Source of the DNA: a phage
Sequence record: PV419677.1
Reading direction: 5' to 3' (one strand)
Length of the DNA stretch: 64,000 nucleotides
Shown piece by piece: positions 9,729 to 20,095 of this stretch (positions are counted from its first letter, which is position 1; each line of letters starts with the position of its first letter). The notes under the pieces are model-generated. The model did no database searches and had not been told where the DNA came from. It saw only the letters and a program-made list of their open reading frames with translations. The position numbers and the translations under genes were made by a program.

Positions 9729-12700
9729 ATGGCTACTTTAAAACAAATACAATTTAAAAGAAGTAAGGTTGCCGGCGTTCGTCCGGCGCCAACAGTTCTT
9801 GCTGAAGGTGAACTGGCTATCAACCTGAAAGACCGCTTACTTTTTACTAAAGATGACACCGGCGCCATCATCGACCTTGGTTTTGCCAAAGGTGGTAATA
9901 TCGATGGTAATGTTATTCATAACGGTAATTACAATCAAACTGGTGATTATACCCTGAATGGTACTTTTACCCAAACTGGTGATTTTAATTTAACCGGCAT
10001 TGCTCGTGTAACTCGCGATATTATTGCCGCGGGTCAGATAATGACTGAAGGTGGTGAACTTATTTCTAAGAGTGCATCGACTTCGCATCTTCGTTTTTTT
10101 GATGGTGCATCACGCGAACGCGGTATTATCTTTTCTCCTAACAATGCGGGTTTGACAACTCAGGTAGTTAATATACGAGTGCAAGATTATGCCGCTGGTA
10201 GCGAAAGCACTTACGCGTTTTCAGGCAATGGTCAATTTACTTCACCTGAAGTATCAGCATGGAAATCTATTTCATCCCCACAAATTCTGACTGATAAAGT
10301 TATTACAAACGGGAAGAAGGCCGGCGATTATGATATCTATTCATTAGCAAATAATAATTCTAACACAGATAAAAATAATTTACGTGTTGTGCGTACTGAT
10401 GCAGCCGCCGCAATGCTCCATGAAATTTGTGAAAATAACGGTATCAGTTGGTATTCTGGTTCAACCCCTACTGATTATATGTTATCTTTTGCTTATTCAG
10501 GTGGTTTTCAAGCTGGGCATTCGATTGCAGTGGGTATGGAATCAGGGCCTATGACATATTCGGCCTTAGGTAAGGGTTCTATTGCTCTTGGTGATAATGA
10601 CACCGGGTTAAAATGGCATCAGGATGGATATTTCTTTAGCGTTAATAACGGCACAAAAACTTTCCTTTCTGGGCCGGCAGAAACCACCAGTCTTAGAAAA
10701 ATGGTTATGGGTTATTCTGTAAACGGTACCGATTTAACCACTCCTCCGTCAGAAAACTATGCTTTGGCTACTGTTGTTACTTACCATGATAATAACGCGT
10801 ATGGTGACGGTCAAACTCTTTTAGGTTATTATCAAGGCGGTAAATATCATCACTATTTCCGTGGTAAAGGTACAACAAACATTAACACCGCAGGTGGACT
10901 ATTAGTTACTCCAGGCAATATTGACGTGATTGGCGGTTTAATTAATATCAACGGTCGTAGTAATGCTTCAACCCTATTGTTTAGTAGCTATACGTCAGGT
11001 CAAAGCTCTGTCGATAATATGAATATACGTGTTTGGGGCGATACTTTTACTACTGTAGGTGGTACTCGCAAAAACGTAATGGAAATTTCTGACGCAACTA
11101 GTTGGATGAGCTATATTCAACGAACAACTGCAGGTAAAGTCGAATCTGTTATAAATGGCACCCAGATTGTTAATGAAAACTTGACAGTAGTAAAAAATGC
11201 TACATTTGATGGTACAATCAGCGCAGCCGGCGAAATCGCGACAAATGCTGTAAATGGTCTTCGTATTTGGAACAATGATTACGGTGCCATTTTTAGACGT
11301 TCAGAAGGAAGTCTTCATATTATTCCTACAGCATTTGGTGAAGGACAGAATGGTGATATCGGTCCACTTCGCCCGTTTAGTATGGCTTTAGATACCGGTA
11401 AAGTTACTATTCCAGATTTACAATCAAGTTACAATACGTTCGCAGCAAACGGCTATATTAAATTTACTGGACATGGTGCAGGTGCAGGCGGTTACGATAT
11501 TCAATATGCACAAGCAGCTCCTGTTTTCCAGGAAATCGATGATGATGCTGTAAGTAAATATTATCCTATTGTTAAACAGAAGTTTTTAAACAGTAAAGCT
11601 GTTTGGTCTTTAGGTACTGAAATTAATTCGGGAACATTTGTTTTACACCATATCAAAGAAGATGGTTCACAAGGCCATACATCAAGATTTAACGCTGATG
11701 GTACAGTTAACTTTCCGGATAACGTTCTGGTCGGCGGTGATATTAACACGAAAGGCGTGTTGACTTTTGACGCCGGACGTTTAGGATCACAAGATTATTT
11801 TAAATTTAACCATTTGGGTGATAGTAATAATGCTCGTGATAACATCATCCAGTTAGAAGATAGTCAAGGCGCTCATTTTTCCACTGAACGTACTTTAGCG
11901 ACAGGTGCAATTAAAACTCGTTTCTTTGGCGAAATATCCACTGATGGTACATTATACCTAAATCAGATGAATAATAGCTCTGAACGATTCTCTATTAATA
12001 ATTGGGGAAATTCAGAAGTTGGTCGCGCGGCAGTGATGGAAGTCAAAGATTCCAAAGGTTATCACTTCTATACGGAACGCAGGACAGATAACAGTTTGAA
12101 TTTTGATGTTGCTGGCAATTTTACTGCGCATGGACCTTCCGGAATAACCATCAAAAACTCTGCTGGCGCTCGCCACATCTGGTTTAAAGATAATAGCGAA
12201 TCGGAAAAGGCTGTTATCTGGGCTACAGATGAGGGTATTTTACATATACGAAATAATTATGGGGGTTCATTTAGTCATCACTTCCAGGGTGCAATGATTC
12301 TAGCGGGAGAGAGTGTTCCATATAATGGTGAATACGCTCTTATCCGTGGTAATATTTCCGGTGGTGCATGGTCAGACTGGCGTAACCGTCCGGCTGGATT
12401 GTTGGTAGACTGTCCGGACTCACGAAACCAAGCATATAACATTTGGAAAGCTACTCATTGGGGCGAACAGCACCTTGCGGCGATGGGTATTCATGCTGGC
12501 GGTGGTAATCCTCATGTTATATTGCATGTGGGTGGGAATGATTTTGGATTTGGATATAACGGTGATTTTGCTGCTAGTGCTGCTGTATATTGTAACGACG
12601 TTTATATTCGTTCTGACCGTCGTCTGAAAATTAATGTTGAAGACTACGAAGAGAATGCGGTGGATAAGGTAAATAAACTCAAAGTTAAAACCTATGATAA

Positions 12701-12965
12701 AGTTAAATCTCTTTCTGACCGCGAAGTTATCGGCCATGAGATTGGTATTATCGCACAGGATTTGCAAGAAGTATTACCGGAAGCTGTTAGCACTTCTAGT
12801 GTCGGATCTCAGGATAACCCAGAAGAAATTTTAACAATTTCAAACTCTGCTGTGAACGCGCTTTTAATTAAGGCCATTCAGGAAATGAGCGAAGAAATTA
12901 AAGAATTGAAAACGCCTCTCTTTACTAAAATTGCTCGCAAAATTAGTAAATATTTTAAATTCTAA
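9729..12965 (+). CDS. 37: long tail fibre distal subunit gp37 with C-terminal intramolecular chaperone domain
   Basis: 1078 aa; last ~115 aa carry SDRRLK...[17 protein letters not shown] motif typical of self-cleaving chaperone (peptidase S74-like) domains, as in T2-type gp37. Confidence 0.9.
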   Translation: MATLKQIQFKRSKVAGVRPAPTVLAEGELAINLKDRLLFTKDDTGAIIDLGFAKGGNIDGNVIHNGNYNQTGDYTLNGTFTQTGDFNLTGIARVTRDIIAAGQIMTEGGELISKSASTSHLRFFDGASRERGIIFSPNNAGLTTQVVNIRVQDYAAGSESTYAFSGNGQFTSPEVSAWKSISSPQILTDKVITNGKKAGDYDIYSLANNNSNTDKNNLRVVRTDAAAAMLHEICENNGISWYSGSTPTDYMLSFAYSGGFQAGHSIAVGMESGPMTYSALGKGSIALGDNDTGLKWHQDGYFFSVNNGTKTFLSGPAETTSLRKMVMGYSVNGTDLTTPPSENYALATVVTYHDNNAYGDGQTLLGYYQGGKYHHYFRGKGTTNINTAGGLLVTPGNIDVIGGLININGRSNASTLLFSSYTSGQSSVDNMNIRVWGDTFTTVGGTRKNVMEISDATSWMSYIQRTTAGKVESVINGTQIVNENLTVVKNATFDGTISAAGEIATNAVNGLRIWNNDYGAIFRRSEGSLHIIPTAFGEGQNGDIGPLRPFSMALDTGKVTIPDLQSSYNTFAANGYIKFTGHGAGAGGYDIQYAQAAPVFQEIDDDAVSKYYPIVKQKFLNSKAVWSLGTEINSGTFVLHHIKEDGSQGHTSRFNADGTVNFPDNVLVGGDINTKGVLTFDAGRLGSQDYFKFNHLGDSNNARDNIIQLEDSQGAHFSTERTLATGAIKTRFFGEISTDGTLYLNQMNNSSERFSINNWGNSEVGRAAVMEVKDSKGYHFYTERRTDNSLNFDVAGNFTAHGPSGITIKNSAGARHIWFKDNSESEKAVIWATDEGILHIRNNYGGSFSHHFQGAMILAGESVPYNGEYALIRGNISGGAWSDWRNRPAGLLVDCPDSRNQAYNIWKATHWGEQHLAAMGIHAGGGNPHVILHVGGNDFGFGYNGDFAASAAVYCNDVYIRSDRRLKINVEDYEENAVDKVNKLKVKTYDKVKSLSDREVIGHEIGIIAQDLQEVLPEAVSTSSVGSQDNPEEILTISNSAVNALLIKAIQEMSEEIKELKTPLFTKIARKISKYFKF

Positions 12966-13000
12966 CAACAAGGGGGAAATGCCCCCTTTGGAGTATAATT

Positions 13001-13801
13001 ATGGCAGTAGTTGGAGTTCCTGGCTGGATTGGAAGTTCAGCCGTAAATGAAACAGGACAACGATGGATGAGTCAAGCGGCTGGTCAATTAAGATTAGGTG
13101 TTCCTTGCTGGATGAGTCAATTTGCAGGTCGCTCAAGAGAAATTATTCACACGCTTGGAGCAGACCACAACTTTAACGGGCAATGGTTCCGCGACCGTTG
13201 CTTTGAAGCCGGTAGTGCGCCTATTGTTTTTAATCTTACAGGTACATTAGTATCTTATACCCGTGATGTTCCATTGTTCTTTATGTATGGGGATACTCCA
13301 AACGAATATGTTCAATTGAATATTGGTGGTGGGGTTCATATATGGGGCCGAGGTGGTCAAGGTGGATGGACCCACTCGGGTGGCGATGGCAACGGGCAAT
13401 GGGGTGGAACTTGTATTGTAAATGATATTGGCGGTCGTTTAAGAATTAATAATGGTGGGGTTATCTGCGGCGGTGGCGGCGGCGGTGGCGGCATCGCTTA
13501 TCGTCCTCACTCTGGTGCAAACTGGCAAGATATTGGTGGCGGTGGAGGAAGACCATTTGGCCTAGGCGGCGGTGGTGGATATTCAGGTGGCGGAGCTTCT
13601 TTGGATGGTCCAGGAGGTGGTTATCAATACGGAAATGCCCACTCTGGTCATGGTGGGGATGCCGGCGGAGCAGGTCAGAATGCATGGTCTGACGGTGGTA
13701 AAGTTCTAAAAGTCGGCGCTGGAGGCGGCGCAGGAGCTGCTGTTGCTGGAAGTTCTCCTACTTGGCATAATACAGGTGTTATCTACGGTTCCTGGCTATA
13801 G
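13001..13801 (+). CDS. 38: T2-type tail fibre adhesin gp38 (Gly-rich motifs flanking variable segments)
   Basis: 266 aa; conserved N-terminus, then multiple poly-Gly blocks (GGGGGGGG, GGGGG) separated by short variable segments. Confidence 0.85.
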   Translation: MAVVGVPGWIGSSAVNETGQRWMSQAAGQLRLGVPCWMSQFAGRSREIIHTLGADHNFNGQWFRDRCFEAGSAPIVFNLTGTLVSYTRDVPLFFMYGDTPNEYVQLNIGGGVHIWGRGGQGGWTHSGGDGNGQWGGTCIVNDIGGRLRINNGGVICGGGGGGGGIAYRPHSGANWQDIGGGGGRPFGLGGGGGYSGGGASLDGPGGGYQYGNAHSGHGGDAGGAGQNAWSDGGKVLKVGAGGGAGAAVAGSSPTWHNTGVIYGSWL

Positions 13802-13812
13802 TGCATAAGCTC

Positions 13813-13820
13813 TATAAATA
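13813..13820 (+). promoter_or_regulatory. late promoter (TATAAATA) for gene t
   Basis: TATAAATA then AAGGAGA Shine-Dalgarno upstream of t. Confidence 0.6.
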
Positions 13821-13838
13821 TCTTTAAAGGAGAAAAGT

Positions 13839-14492
13839 ATGGAACCAAAAGTAGGAATATCAATACCCGACCTACTTTTTGGACTTCTTGATAGAATTTT
13901 TAAAGATAATGCGACCGGGAAAGTTGTTTTTTCCCGGGTACTAGTTATTGTTCTATTATTTTTAATGGCGGTAATCTGGTATAAAGGTGATGCACTTTTA
14001 GATGCGTACAGGGATGCTTCATATGCCTCATACACTGAAATGATAAGGCAAGACCAGGATAACAGATTTAAAATTGCAGCTATCGAGCAAATCCAGATAG
14101 TCCACTCGTCAAGTGGGGCAGACTTTACAGCAATATATTCTTTTAGACCAACTAACCTTAACTACTTTGTGGATATGGTGGGTTACGAGGGGATATTGCC
14201 TGATACAGTCGACGAAAAAAATTTAGGTGGGTTTCCAATAGATAAGACTTCAGCGGAATATTTGGCGGGGGTTAATGGTAATTATTTTGAATCCAGCGTG
14301 GAATCTGTATTCTTACCAACAAAGAAAAAAAGCAGCTTCACATATATGTTCAGCTGCCCATTCTTTAATTTGGAAAACGTTTATGCAGGCACAGTCTCAC
14401 TGTACTGGTATAAGCAAAAACCCGACCTTGGTTTTGATAGGCTTTCTTCTATGTGTGGACAAGCAGGTCGTACGCTCGGGCGTACACGTTAG
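13839..14492 (+). CDS. t: holin T
   Basis: 217 aa (T4 218 aa); LDRIFKDNATGKV..., YMFSCPFFNLENVYAGT match recalled T4 holin. Confidence 0.9.
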   Translation: MEPKVGISIPDLLFGLLDRIFKDNATGKVVFSRVLVIVLLFLMAVIWYKGDALLDAYRDASYASYTEMIRQDQDNRFKIAAIEQIQIVHSSSGADFTAIYSFRPTNLNYFVDMVGYEGILPDTVDEKNLGGFPIDKTSAEYLAGVNGNYFESSVESVFLPTKKKSSFTYMFSCPFFNLENVYAGTVSLYWYKQKPDLGFDRLSSMCGQAGRTLGRTR

Positions 14493-14764
14493 AATCCGGA
14501 GGTATACATCATAAGATAACGGTGTATATCTTCGAATCCTTCGTTAAATTGTTCAATGATTTGTTCAATTTCATCTTCAGATAAACTTTTAAACAATTTG
14601 TTAAACGATACATTGTTTAACTCATTCCCATTCTCATTTCTCAATCCCAACTCATTCAAAAACGCGATAAACACATCGCGCTTCATCGTAATATCTTCCC
14701 GGTCGGTTTTAATCAAAATTGAAGTTATAGTAACAATTTCAGAAACGATTTCAAATTTAGTCAT
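14489..14764 (-). CDS. asiA: anti-sigma70 factor AsiA
   Basis: 91 aa; EIVTITSILIK...FIAFLNE...EFNEGFE..YRYL matches recalled T4 AsiA (90 aa). Confidence 0.9.
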   Translation of the reverse strand: MTKFEIVSEIVTITSILIKTDREDITMKRDVFIAFLNELGLRNENGNELNNVSFNKLFKSLSEDEIEQIIEQFNEGFEDIHRYLMMYTSGF

Positions 14765-14822
14765 TTTAATTTACTCAAGTATTCAATAAGACATTCAATT
14801 ATTCAGTAAGGGTATTATACTA

Positions 14823-14987
14823 TTATTCCTCTGGGTTGTACACATGATTTTCCATCTGTACAACATATTCCTGATACATCTGTTCAACTGGTTCCTGGAA
14901 CTTAAAATCAGCTCCAAGGAATTCCTCAAAGCAAGCCTGTTCGTGCGTACGTTGACCGGTGATGGTGTTCTCTAAGTTATGACTCAT
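14823..14987 (-). CDS. hypothetical small protein (54 aa)
   Basis: ATG with AGGGA Shine-Dalgarno; below the 60-aa ORF-track cutoff; between asiA and arn. Confidence 0.35.
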   Translation of the reverse strand: MSHNLENTITGQRTHEQACFEEFLGADFKFQEPVEQMYQEYVVQMENHVYNPEE

Positions 14988-15076
14988 AATGATTCCCTTT
15001 GTGCTTCTGCTTACGTTTGGACTGCATTTTGGTTTTCTTCTTGTCCTTATGGACAGACGCCTTATTGAAATCGTGC

Positions 15077-15355
15077 TTAGCTACCAGATTGTTCATGCAA
15101 TTTCCTTAATTGATATTCAAGAGAACTGATAATTTCTTTATTAGTTGCAATATACATATCACGTAGGAAGGGTTTCAGACCTTCTCTAACTCTATACGTG
15201 TTATCACTAATATCCTTTATATATTCATGGTCTAAAGCATCCCAAGCCGGCTGGTTAACATAAGTTCCCCAGTTATCTTCCATCATAGTGTTCAGACGTT
15301 TGATATGATTGATATGGGTTTCGATTGCATCAATCTGGAGTTGTTTAAGGTTCAT
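15077..15355 (-). CDS. arn: possible anti-restriction nuclease Arn
   Basis: 92 aa, same length and genomic slot as T4 Arn; assignment by synteny only. Confidence 0.45.
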   Translation of the reverse strand: MNLKQLQIDAIETHINHIKRLNTMMEDNWGTYVNQPAWDALDHEYIKDISDNTYRVREGLKPFLRDMYIATNKEIISSLEYQLRKLHEQSGS

Positions 15356-15966
15356 TAATAAAGGTCCTCTGAATAAAGTTCTTTTTCACTACCGCCACGT
15401 TCAATACGCACCTGATTTGCATAAGTCGCAATAATCATTGCTTCTTCGCGGGTCCAGTAATTGCTGTACTGGTCAATGAATCCTTGATTATCACCACAAA
15501 CATGGTCTGACACAAGTTTATCACTTACTTGGTCAAGCACTTCTGCCATATCCTTGGAATAATGTCTGGCACCAGGAATAACCAGAGTCCCACCATCTTT
15601 TAACTTAAATCGGTTGGCGGCACATACAATCCGTCGCTGATATTTTTCATTGTTATTCCAATGCGCAATCTGCCAACAGATTTCCGGGACTTCTTCCAGA
15701 ATATCTTTTTCATCGCATGTGTATCCATGTGCTTTAAATTTTTCAGCGAGGCTTTTGGGGGTTTCACGCGATTCTGGTGCTGGTAACATTTCTAAACGAG
15801 TGATAAACGGATTCATTTCACAATTACCTTCTTCATTATATTCGGTGTAATCACCGTATGCATGTAATTTAGCAGCGAGACTTTCAGGAGTCTCCCGAGA
15901 AAGAGCTTTATCTAACAAGGCCATACGGTCTTTAAAGGATAATGCTTTACCTTTTAATGGATTCAT
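15355..15966 (-). CDS. hypothetical protein with internal tandem repeat
   Basis: 203 aa; two N-terminal repeats ([18 protein letters not shown] / [18 protein letters not shown]); C-terminal IVCAAN...[12 protein letters not shown] motif of unknown family. Confidence 0.6.
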   Translation of the reverse strand: MNPLKGKALSFKDRMALLDKALSRETPESLAAKLHAYGDYTEYNEEGNCEMNPFITRLEMLPAPESRETPKSLAEKFKAHGYTCDEKDILEEVPEICWQIAHWNNNEKYQRRIVCAANRFKLKDGGTLVIPGARHYSKDMAEVLDQVSDKLVSDHVCGDNQGFIDQYSNYWTREEAMIIATYANQVRIERGGSEKELYSEDLY

Positions 15967-16310
15967 TTGAAAATCACCTTATAACCGTTATCTTTAGCGA
16001 ATTCTTGAATTTTAGCGGCGGTTTCAATTAAATCACCTTTATAATAGGATGATAATTTAATATCAACTGTTTTGCCTTCGCCATACGAAGTTATATTCAC
16101 TTTTTCCGTAAAAATAAGCTCAAGAAATCGCAATAGCTGCATACCAAATTCAAGAGTAACATTATCAATCTGGAGGTTAAGTTGATAAGTTTTCTTAATA
16201 CCATTCACCAGGGCACAGCGCTCATCCCAATCATTACGTTGTTCTTCAATCAATTTAAGGGAATGACCTTCGCCATCCCAATTTAGTTCCATAGGAATCA
16301 TTTGAACCAA
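15963..16310 (-). CDS. hypothetical protein
   Basis: 115 aa; stop/start overlap with neighbours. Confidence 0.5.
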   Translation of the reverse strand: MVQMIPMELNWDGEGHSLKLIEEQRNDWDERCALVNGIKKTYQLNLQIDNVTLEFGMQLLRFLELIFTEKVNITSYGEGKTVDIKLSSYYKGDLIETAAKIQEFAKDNGYKVIFK

Positions 16311-16630
16311 CCTTTAACACGTTGCCACAGACTTTTCTGTTGAGCTTTATTAACACCAATTGAGCGAATAACTGGTTGTGATTCCAGGTATTCTTTATAG
16401 TCAGCTTTATAGACTTCATATGCTGCTGGAACAAAGGCACCAATCGCCGCCATGAAGTTCTTGCGAGCACCAAATGGAGCTACTGCATCATCCTGGCGAT
16501 GGATAAGATACTGACCAGCTTTGACCTTGACAATAGTCCCAAGGTAAGCGCCATGATACCAAACATCCCAACCCTCTTGAGTAGGTTCTACGCAAGCACG
16601 CAATTCATTAACAATATTCAGCTTATTCAT
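16298..16630 (-). CDS. hypothetical protein
   Basis: 110 aa; in arn-motA interval. Confidence 0.5.
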   Translation of the reverse strand: MNKLNIVNELRACVEPTQEGWDVWYHGAYLGTIVKVKAGQYLIHRQDDAVAPFGARKNFMAAIGAFVPAAYEVYKADYKEYLESQPVIRSIGVNKAQQKSLWQRVKGWFK

Positions 16631-16637
16631 AATTTCC

Positions 16638-17246
16638 TCACTTTAAGATGTTAATAACATGTTGAATGTTTTCAGTTGACATATGATTGTCAATGTAGGT
16701 ATTCAATCCACCTACTTTAACGCTAAATCCCACGTCTGTAAACTGTTTTACTATCTTTTGTTCAGTATTATACGCATGCACACGAATCTGACCATCACGA
16801 CGTACATCAATCTGTTTTAATGTCTTGATACGCTTGAACTTCACAATCAGATTGCTGCGGTCTTCTGAAATGCTCTTAAAGTCAATACCAATAGACAACA
16901 ATTGCTCTTTGATATATTCTGCAGTCGCTTCCATTTCATCAGTAACGCCGCGTTTTGTTCTTGTCTTCTTCACTTCCAGAAGGTCAGGATTATTTTCATT
17001 TGCCCAAAGTTCAGCTGCGTCCAGAATAAGGTCAACACCTTTTTCCGTAACCATCAAACCATCACCAGAAGCTTCAACATAGTTGTTATTCAACAATGTC
17101 TGTACGCTATCAATTGATGTGTTCTGCTGGTCTAAAACAACCTCAGGACGCACGAAGTTGTTTTTATATACAAACACCAGAGCATTAACATCAGTCTCAT
17201 GTAGAGCGTTCTGGGAGCATTTAACGATATAATTTAGCTTGTTCAT
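16638..17246 (-). CDS. motA: middle transcription activator MotA
   Basis: 202 aa (T4 211 aa); position between arn cluster and gene 52; partial similarity to recalled MotA. Confidence 0.65.
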   Translation of the reverse strand: MNKLNYIVKCSQNALHETDVNALVFVYKNNFVRPEVVLDQQNTSIDSVQTLLNNNYVEASGDGLMVTEKGVDLILDAAELWANENNPDLLEVKKTRTKRGVTDEMEATAEYIKEQLLSIGIDFKSISEDRSNLIVKFKRIKTLKQIDVRRDGQIRVHAYNTEQKIVKQFTDVGFSVKVGGLNTYIDNHMSTENIQHVINILK

Positions 17247-17248
17247 AA

Positions 17249-17476
17249 TTATCCCTTAATAGATTTCATGTAATTTGATGCATATGATTGTACCACAGTA
17301 CGTTTCATATGGGAAGTAGAAACAATAACATCAATCGCTTGTTTACGTTCTTCTTTAGAATTCGCCAGTTTGAACATGTCAAAGTAATAATAGCAAGCTT
17401 CTTTATTAGATTTGAATTTAGCGTTAATGTATTCTTGACCTTCATTCTGTTGTGCAGTAAACATTTTATTCTCCAA
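17249..17476 (-). CDS. hypothetical protein
   Basis: 75 aa ORF directly upstream of motA. Confidence 0.45.
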   Translation of the reverse strand: MENKMFTAQQNEGQEYINAKFKSNKEACYYYFDMFKLANSKEERKQAIDVIVSTSHMKRTVVQSYASNYMKSIKG

Positions 17477-17480
17477 AGTT

Positions 17481-17548
17481 TTTTGTGATTCAGTTTGTAA
17501 CTCAGTATGGAATCATTATGCATCAGGTCAAGGGTCATGTACACTACT
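17481..17548 (-). promoter_or_regulatory. early promoter cassette (type B leader)
   Basis: minus strand GTGTACA -35, about 17 nt spacer, CATAAT -10, then conserved leader ...UUCCAUACUGAGUUAC; repeated at 21721, 35596, 43795. Confidence 0.5.
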
Positions 17549-17562
17549 TTTTTTAAAATATT

Positions 17563-17592
17563 TTAAAATAAAAAAGGACCCCGAAGGGTCCT
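17563..17592 (-). terminator. rho-independent terminator
   Basis: GGACCC-UUCG-GGGUCC hairpin plus U-run after small ORF downstream of gene 52. Confidence 0.6.
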
Positions 17593-17689
17593 AGTCTTTA
17601 TCTATCTTATTACCAATAAACATACCAACAATCACACCTGCGATTGCCGCAAAAATACAAAGCAATGCAAACTCAACTCCAAAACTCAT
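17591..17689 (-). CDS. small hydrophobic protein (32 aa)
   Basis: ATG overlaps gp52 TGA (ATGA); MSFGVEFALLCIFAAIAGVIVGMFIG single TM. Confidence 0.35.
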   Translation of the reverse strand: MSFGVEFALLCIFAAIAGVIVGMFIGNKIDKD

Positions 17690-19065
17690 AGAGCCTCCAA
17701 ATCATTAAGGTATTCAGTTTTAACATCAGTTGTCTTCCAGTACTCATGCTCAGCTTTCTTAGCCTTTGCTTCGTCTGCAAGCTTCTTGGCTTCATCAGAG
17801 GTCATATGGTAGATGTTCATCGCCACTAACTTCTCTGCATAATCGCCATATATTTCACTCGCCTGGAGTTCCTCAATCAACTTCTTACGAGGTTTTCCCT
17901 GGATAACAACCTTACCATCAATCACTTCTTTAATAAAGAAGACTTTTGCCCGGGCCAGTTTAAATGCCGCTTCAGTTTCTTTAATCTTACTGTCAATTCG
18001 CACTTGAACATAAGTCTTACGGACATCAACGAAATCGCGAATCAGGTCAAGCGTGTTGGTATATTCAGCCAATTTGCCTTTGTGATTAAGCACAGTTAAG
18101 TTCTGGGAGAGCTTCTCAATCAGACCAAAGTCTTTCATGATTTTCTCATGATTCTCTTCTTCGGTGCCATCCAACTTGTATTCTTTACGGAATTTAATCT
18201 TAAACCCAAAACCATGTTCACCGCAGTTATCTTTCCAGGTGATAAAACCTTTCTCTTCCAGCGGGTCCAGGATTTTACTTGTATATTTTTCCAGGTTCCA
18301 TTGGACCGGGATTTCAGTAATTTCCATTTGAGTCCGGGAAGTCATTTTGTACGTGCCATGAAGTTCATACTTACCAGGCTCTTCCAGCTCAACAACTTTA
18401 CCACGGAATTCTGGATATTTTACTTTCGGAGCAACCGGCTCACGACCTTCCACGATAGCTTTAACAGCTTCCTTGACGTCCTGGAACGAATGAGGAAGGA
18501 TATCAGTAGCAAAGCCAACAGCAATCCCAGAAGTGGCGTTAAGTAATACAGTAGGAATAACAGGAAGATAAAAAGCAGGAGGCTTATGTTCTTCATCAGG
18601 ATGGACCGGAGCATATTCTGTATCCTTAAACAAGTTGTAAAAGTTCTTTGAAACCCTTGCGAATACATAACGAGCCGATGATGCTTCTGGTACCATTCTG
18701 GAACCAAAGTTACCTTGCCCATCAAACATAGGATATTCATTTTTATATGTTGCAACCAGACCAGAAGTTGCTTCTTCCGCTGATGCTTCACCATGGTGAT
18801 AACCATAATCAGCTACGCCACCTGCGATGGATGCAACTTTATGGAATTTATTCTTATCACCACGCGCCAGGTCTAATGCTCTCGCCATAACAAATCTGTG
18901 AACTGGTTTAAAACCATCAATCATGTTTGGGATGGCACGACCTTCCACAGTGTAGATAGCATATGACAATGCTTCCACATCAATAATGTCTTTTAGACTG
19001 CGTGGGTTAAGGGTCCCCATGGAATCACTGAACTGTTTGGACATCATACTTAAAACGTCAGACAT
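17686..19065 (-). CDS. 52: DNA topoisomerase II medium subunit gp52
   Basis: 459 aa (T4 442 aa); GyrA-like N-terminus ...GFKPVHRFVMARALD... Confidence 0.9.
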   Translation of the reverse strand: MSDVLSMMSKQFSDSMGTLNPRSLKDIIDVEALSYAIYTVEGRAIPNMIDGFKPVHRFVMARALDLARGDKNKFHKVASIAGGVADYGYHHGEASAEEATSGLVATYKNEYPMFDGQGNFGSRMVPEASSARYVFARVSKNFYNLFKDTEYAPVHPDEEHKPPAFYLPVIPTVLLNATSGIAVGFATDILPHSFQDVKEAVKAIVEGREPVAPKVKYPEFRGKVVELEEPGKYELHGTYKMTSRTQMEITEIPVQWNLEKYTSKILDPLEEKGFITWKDNCGEHGFGFKIKFRKEYKLDGTEEENHEKIMKDFGLIEKLSQNLTVLNHKGKLAEYTNTLDLIRDFVDVRKTYVQVRIDSKIKETEAAFKLARAKVFFIKEVIDGKVVIQGKPRKKLIEELQASEIYGDYAEKLVAMNIYHMTSDEAKKLADEAKAKKAEHEYWKTTDVKTEYLNDLEAL

Positions 19066-19073
19066 ATATCACC

Positions 19074-19214
19074 TTACCAGATTAACGAATGTACTGCCAT
19101 TATAGCATCAGAAATAAAAAGCACAACCTGCACTAATGCAAACACAACTCCATAATAAAGCGCCACCAACAAAGTAGCAAGGGCTAACGAGTAGCCCAAG
19201 ATTTTCTTAATCAT
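19074..19214 (-). CDS. small hydrophobic protein (46 aa)
   Basis: ATGA overlap with upstream ORF; hydrophobic; ac/52.1 locus of T4. Confidence 0.35.
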   Translation of the reverse strand: MIKKILGYSLALATLLVALYYGVVFALVQVVLFISDAIMAVHSLIW

Positions 19215-19359
19215 TTTTATCCAATAATTTAAATAGTGTTAAAGTCGCTAATACACCTTGAGCTGTTGACTGCAGAAATACTGAAGTTTCTCCAGTTATT
19301 AATGTTCCAACAAATAAAAATGACCAACAGAAAAAAGCTACGCCATGAACAAATTTCAT
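19207..19359 (-). CDS. small hydrophobic protein (50 aa)
   Basis: ATG with GAGGA Shine-Dalgarno; hydrophobic; ac/stp locus. Confidence 0.4.
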   Translation of the reverse strand: MKFVHGVAFFCWSFLFVGTLITGETSVFLQSTAQGVLATLTLFKLLDKND

Positions 19360-19439
19360 ATTTTCCTCAAGGGCGTCCAAAGACGCCAGTTAATTTCAGA
19401 TTATAACGATGCCATTGCATCACGTGTTCATTATGGAAA

Positions 19440-19613
19440 TTACTCATATATACCACACATTTTGCATAAGCGTTCAAAACAGATATACCCACCACTAAAG
19501 CACATAGTAACAGCAACTTTATCATTAAATGGAGCACCAAATGCTATAAAGGCTCCTGTAATAACAAATAGTGCTAAAACAAATAGGTAACCCATTGTAA
19601 AGAAATGTCTCAT
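19440..19613 (-). CDS. small membrane protein (57 aa)
   Basis: ATG one nt after ndd stop; TM segment [19 protein letters not shown]. Confidence 0.35.
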   Translation of the reverse strand: MRHFFTMGYLFVLALFVITGAFIAFGAPFNDKVAVTMCFSGGYICFERLCKMCGIYE

Positions 19614-19614
19614 A

Positions 19615-20064
19615 TTAATAGCTCTGCAGAATGAATTTAAAGTTATCAGCAAGCATGCGATTCATTTCTGAAAGGGTCTGGCAATCAGAACTATGTGAGC
19701 GAGTGAACGCCATCGCAATTTGACCTTTACCATAACCAGTTGTCAGAGGTTTCATTTTAGAAACTGGGACAAACAGGACTTCATAGATAACCCCATTGTT
19801 CGCCATTGTGCGAGACAGTTGAGAACGCTGTTTGCGGATGTGACTTAATACAGTGTCAAACCCTTGTTGTGAACGTTGGTTACCAACATAAAAACGTGCA
19901 GCAACAATACGTGATTCGCCTTCACCTTTAACCACGAAATAAAAACCTGGTTGAGTGATAGCTTCTTTAGTTGGGCGACCGGCAACATAATTACCATTAT
20001 GGATATAAGCAACAGTGGTAGCACCAGCATTCAGTACGTCACGACGGGTCATGTAAGTAGTCAT
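19615..20064 (-). CDS. ndd: nucleoid disruption protein Ndd
   Basis: 149 aa; [45 protein letters not shown] match recalled T4 Ndd (151 aa). Confidence 0.9.
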   Translation of the reverse strand: MTTYMTRRDVLNAGATTVAYIHNGNYVAGRPTKEAITQPGFYFVVKGEGESRIVAARFYVGNQRSQQGFDTVLSHIRKQRSQLSRTMANNGVIYEVLFVPVSKMKPLTTGYGKGQIAMAFTRSHSSDCQTLSEMNRMLADNFKFILQSY

Positions 20065-20095
20065 ATTAATTTCCTCAGTAAGTTAAAGTTTTGTG

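Noticed and set aside
13461-13685. 74-aa His/Arg-rich minus-strand ORF within gene 38
   Set aside because: Antisense of the Gly-rich (GGN repeat) coding sequence of gp38; composition artefact
13430-13760. Repetitive GGTGGCGGC tracts that could suggest a CRISPR-like or tandem repeat array
   Set aside because: Repeats are in-frame poly-Gly codons of the gp38 adhesin, with no spacer/repeat periodicity
19345-19590. 81-aa plus-strand ORF in the ac/stp locus
   Set aside because: Antisense to three co-linear small minus-strand ORFs that have Shine-Dalgarno sequences and stop/start coupling; no plus-strand promoter or ribosome-binding site evident
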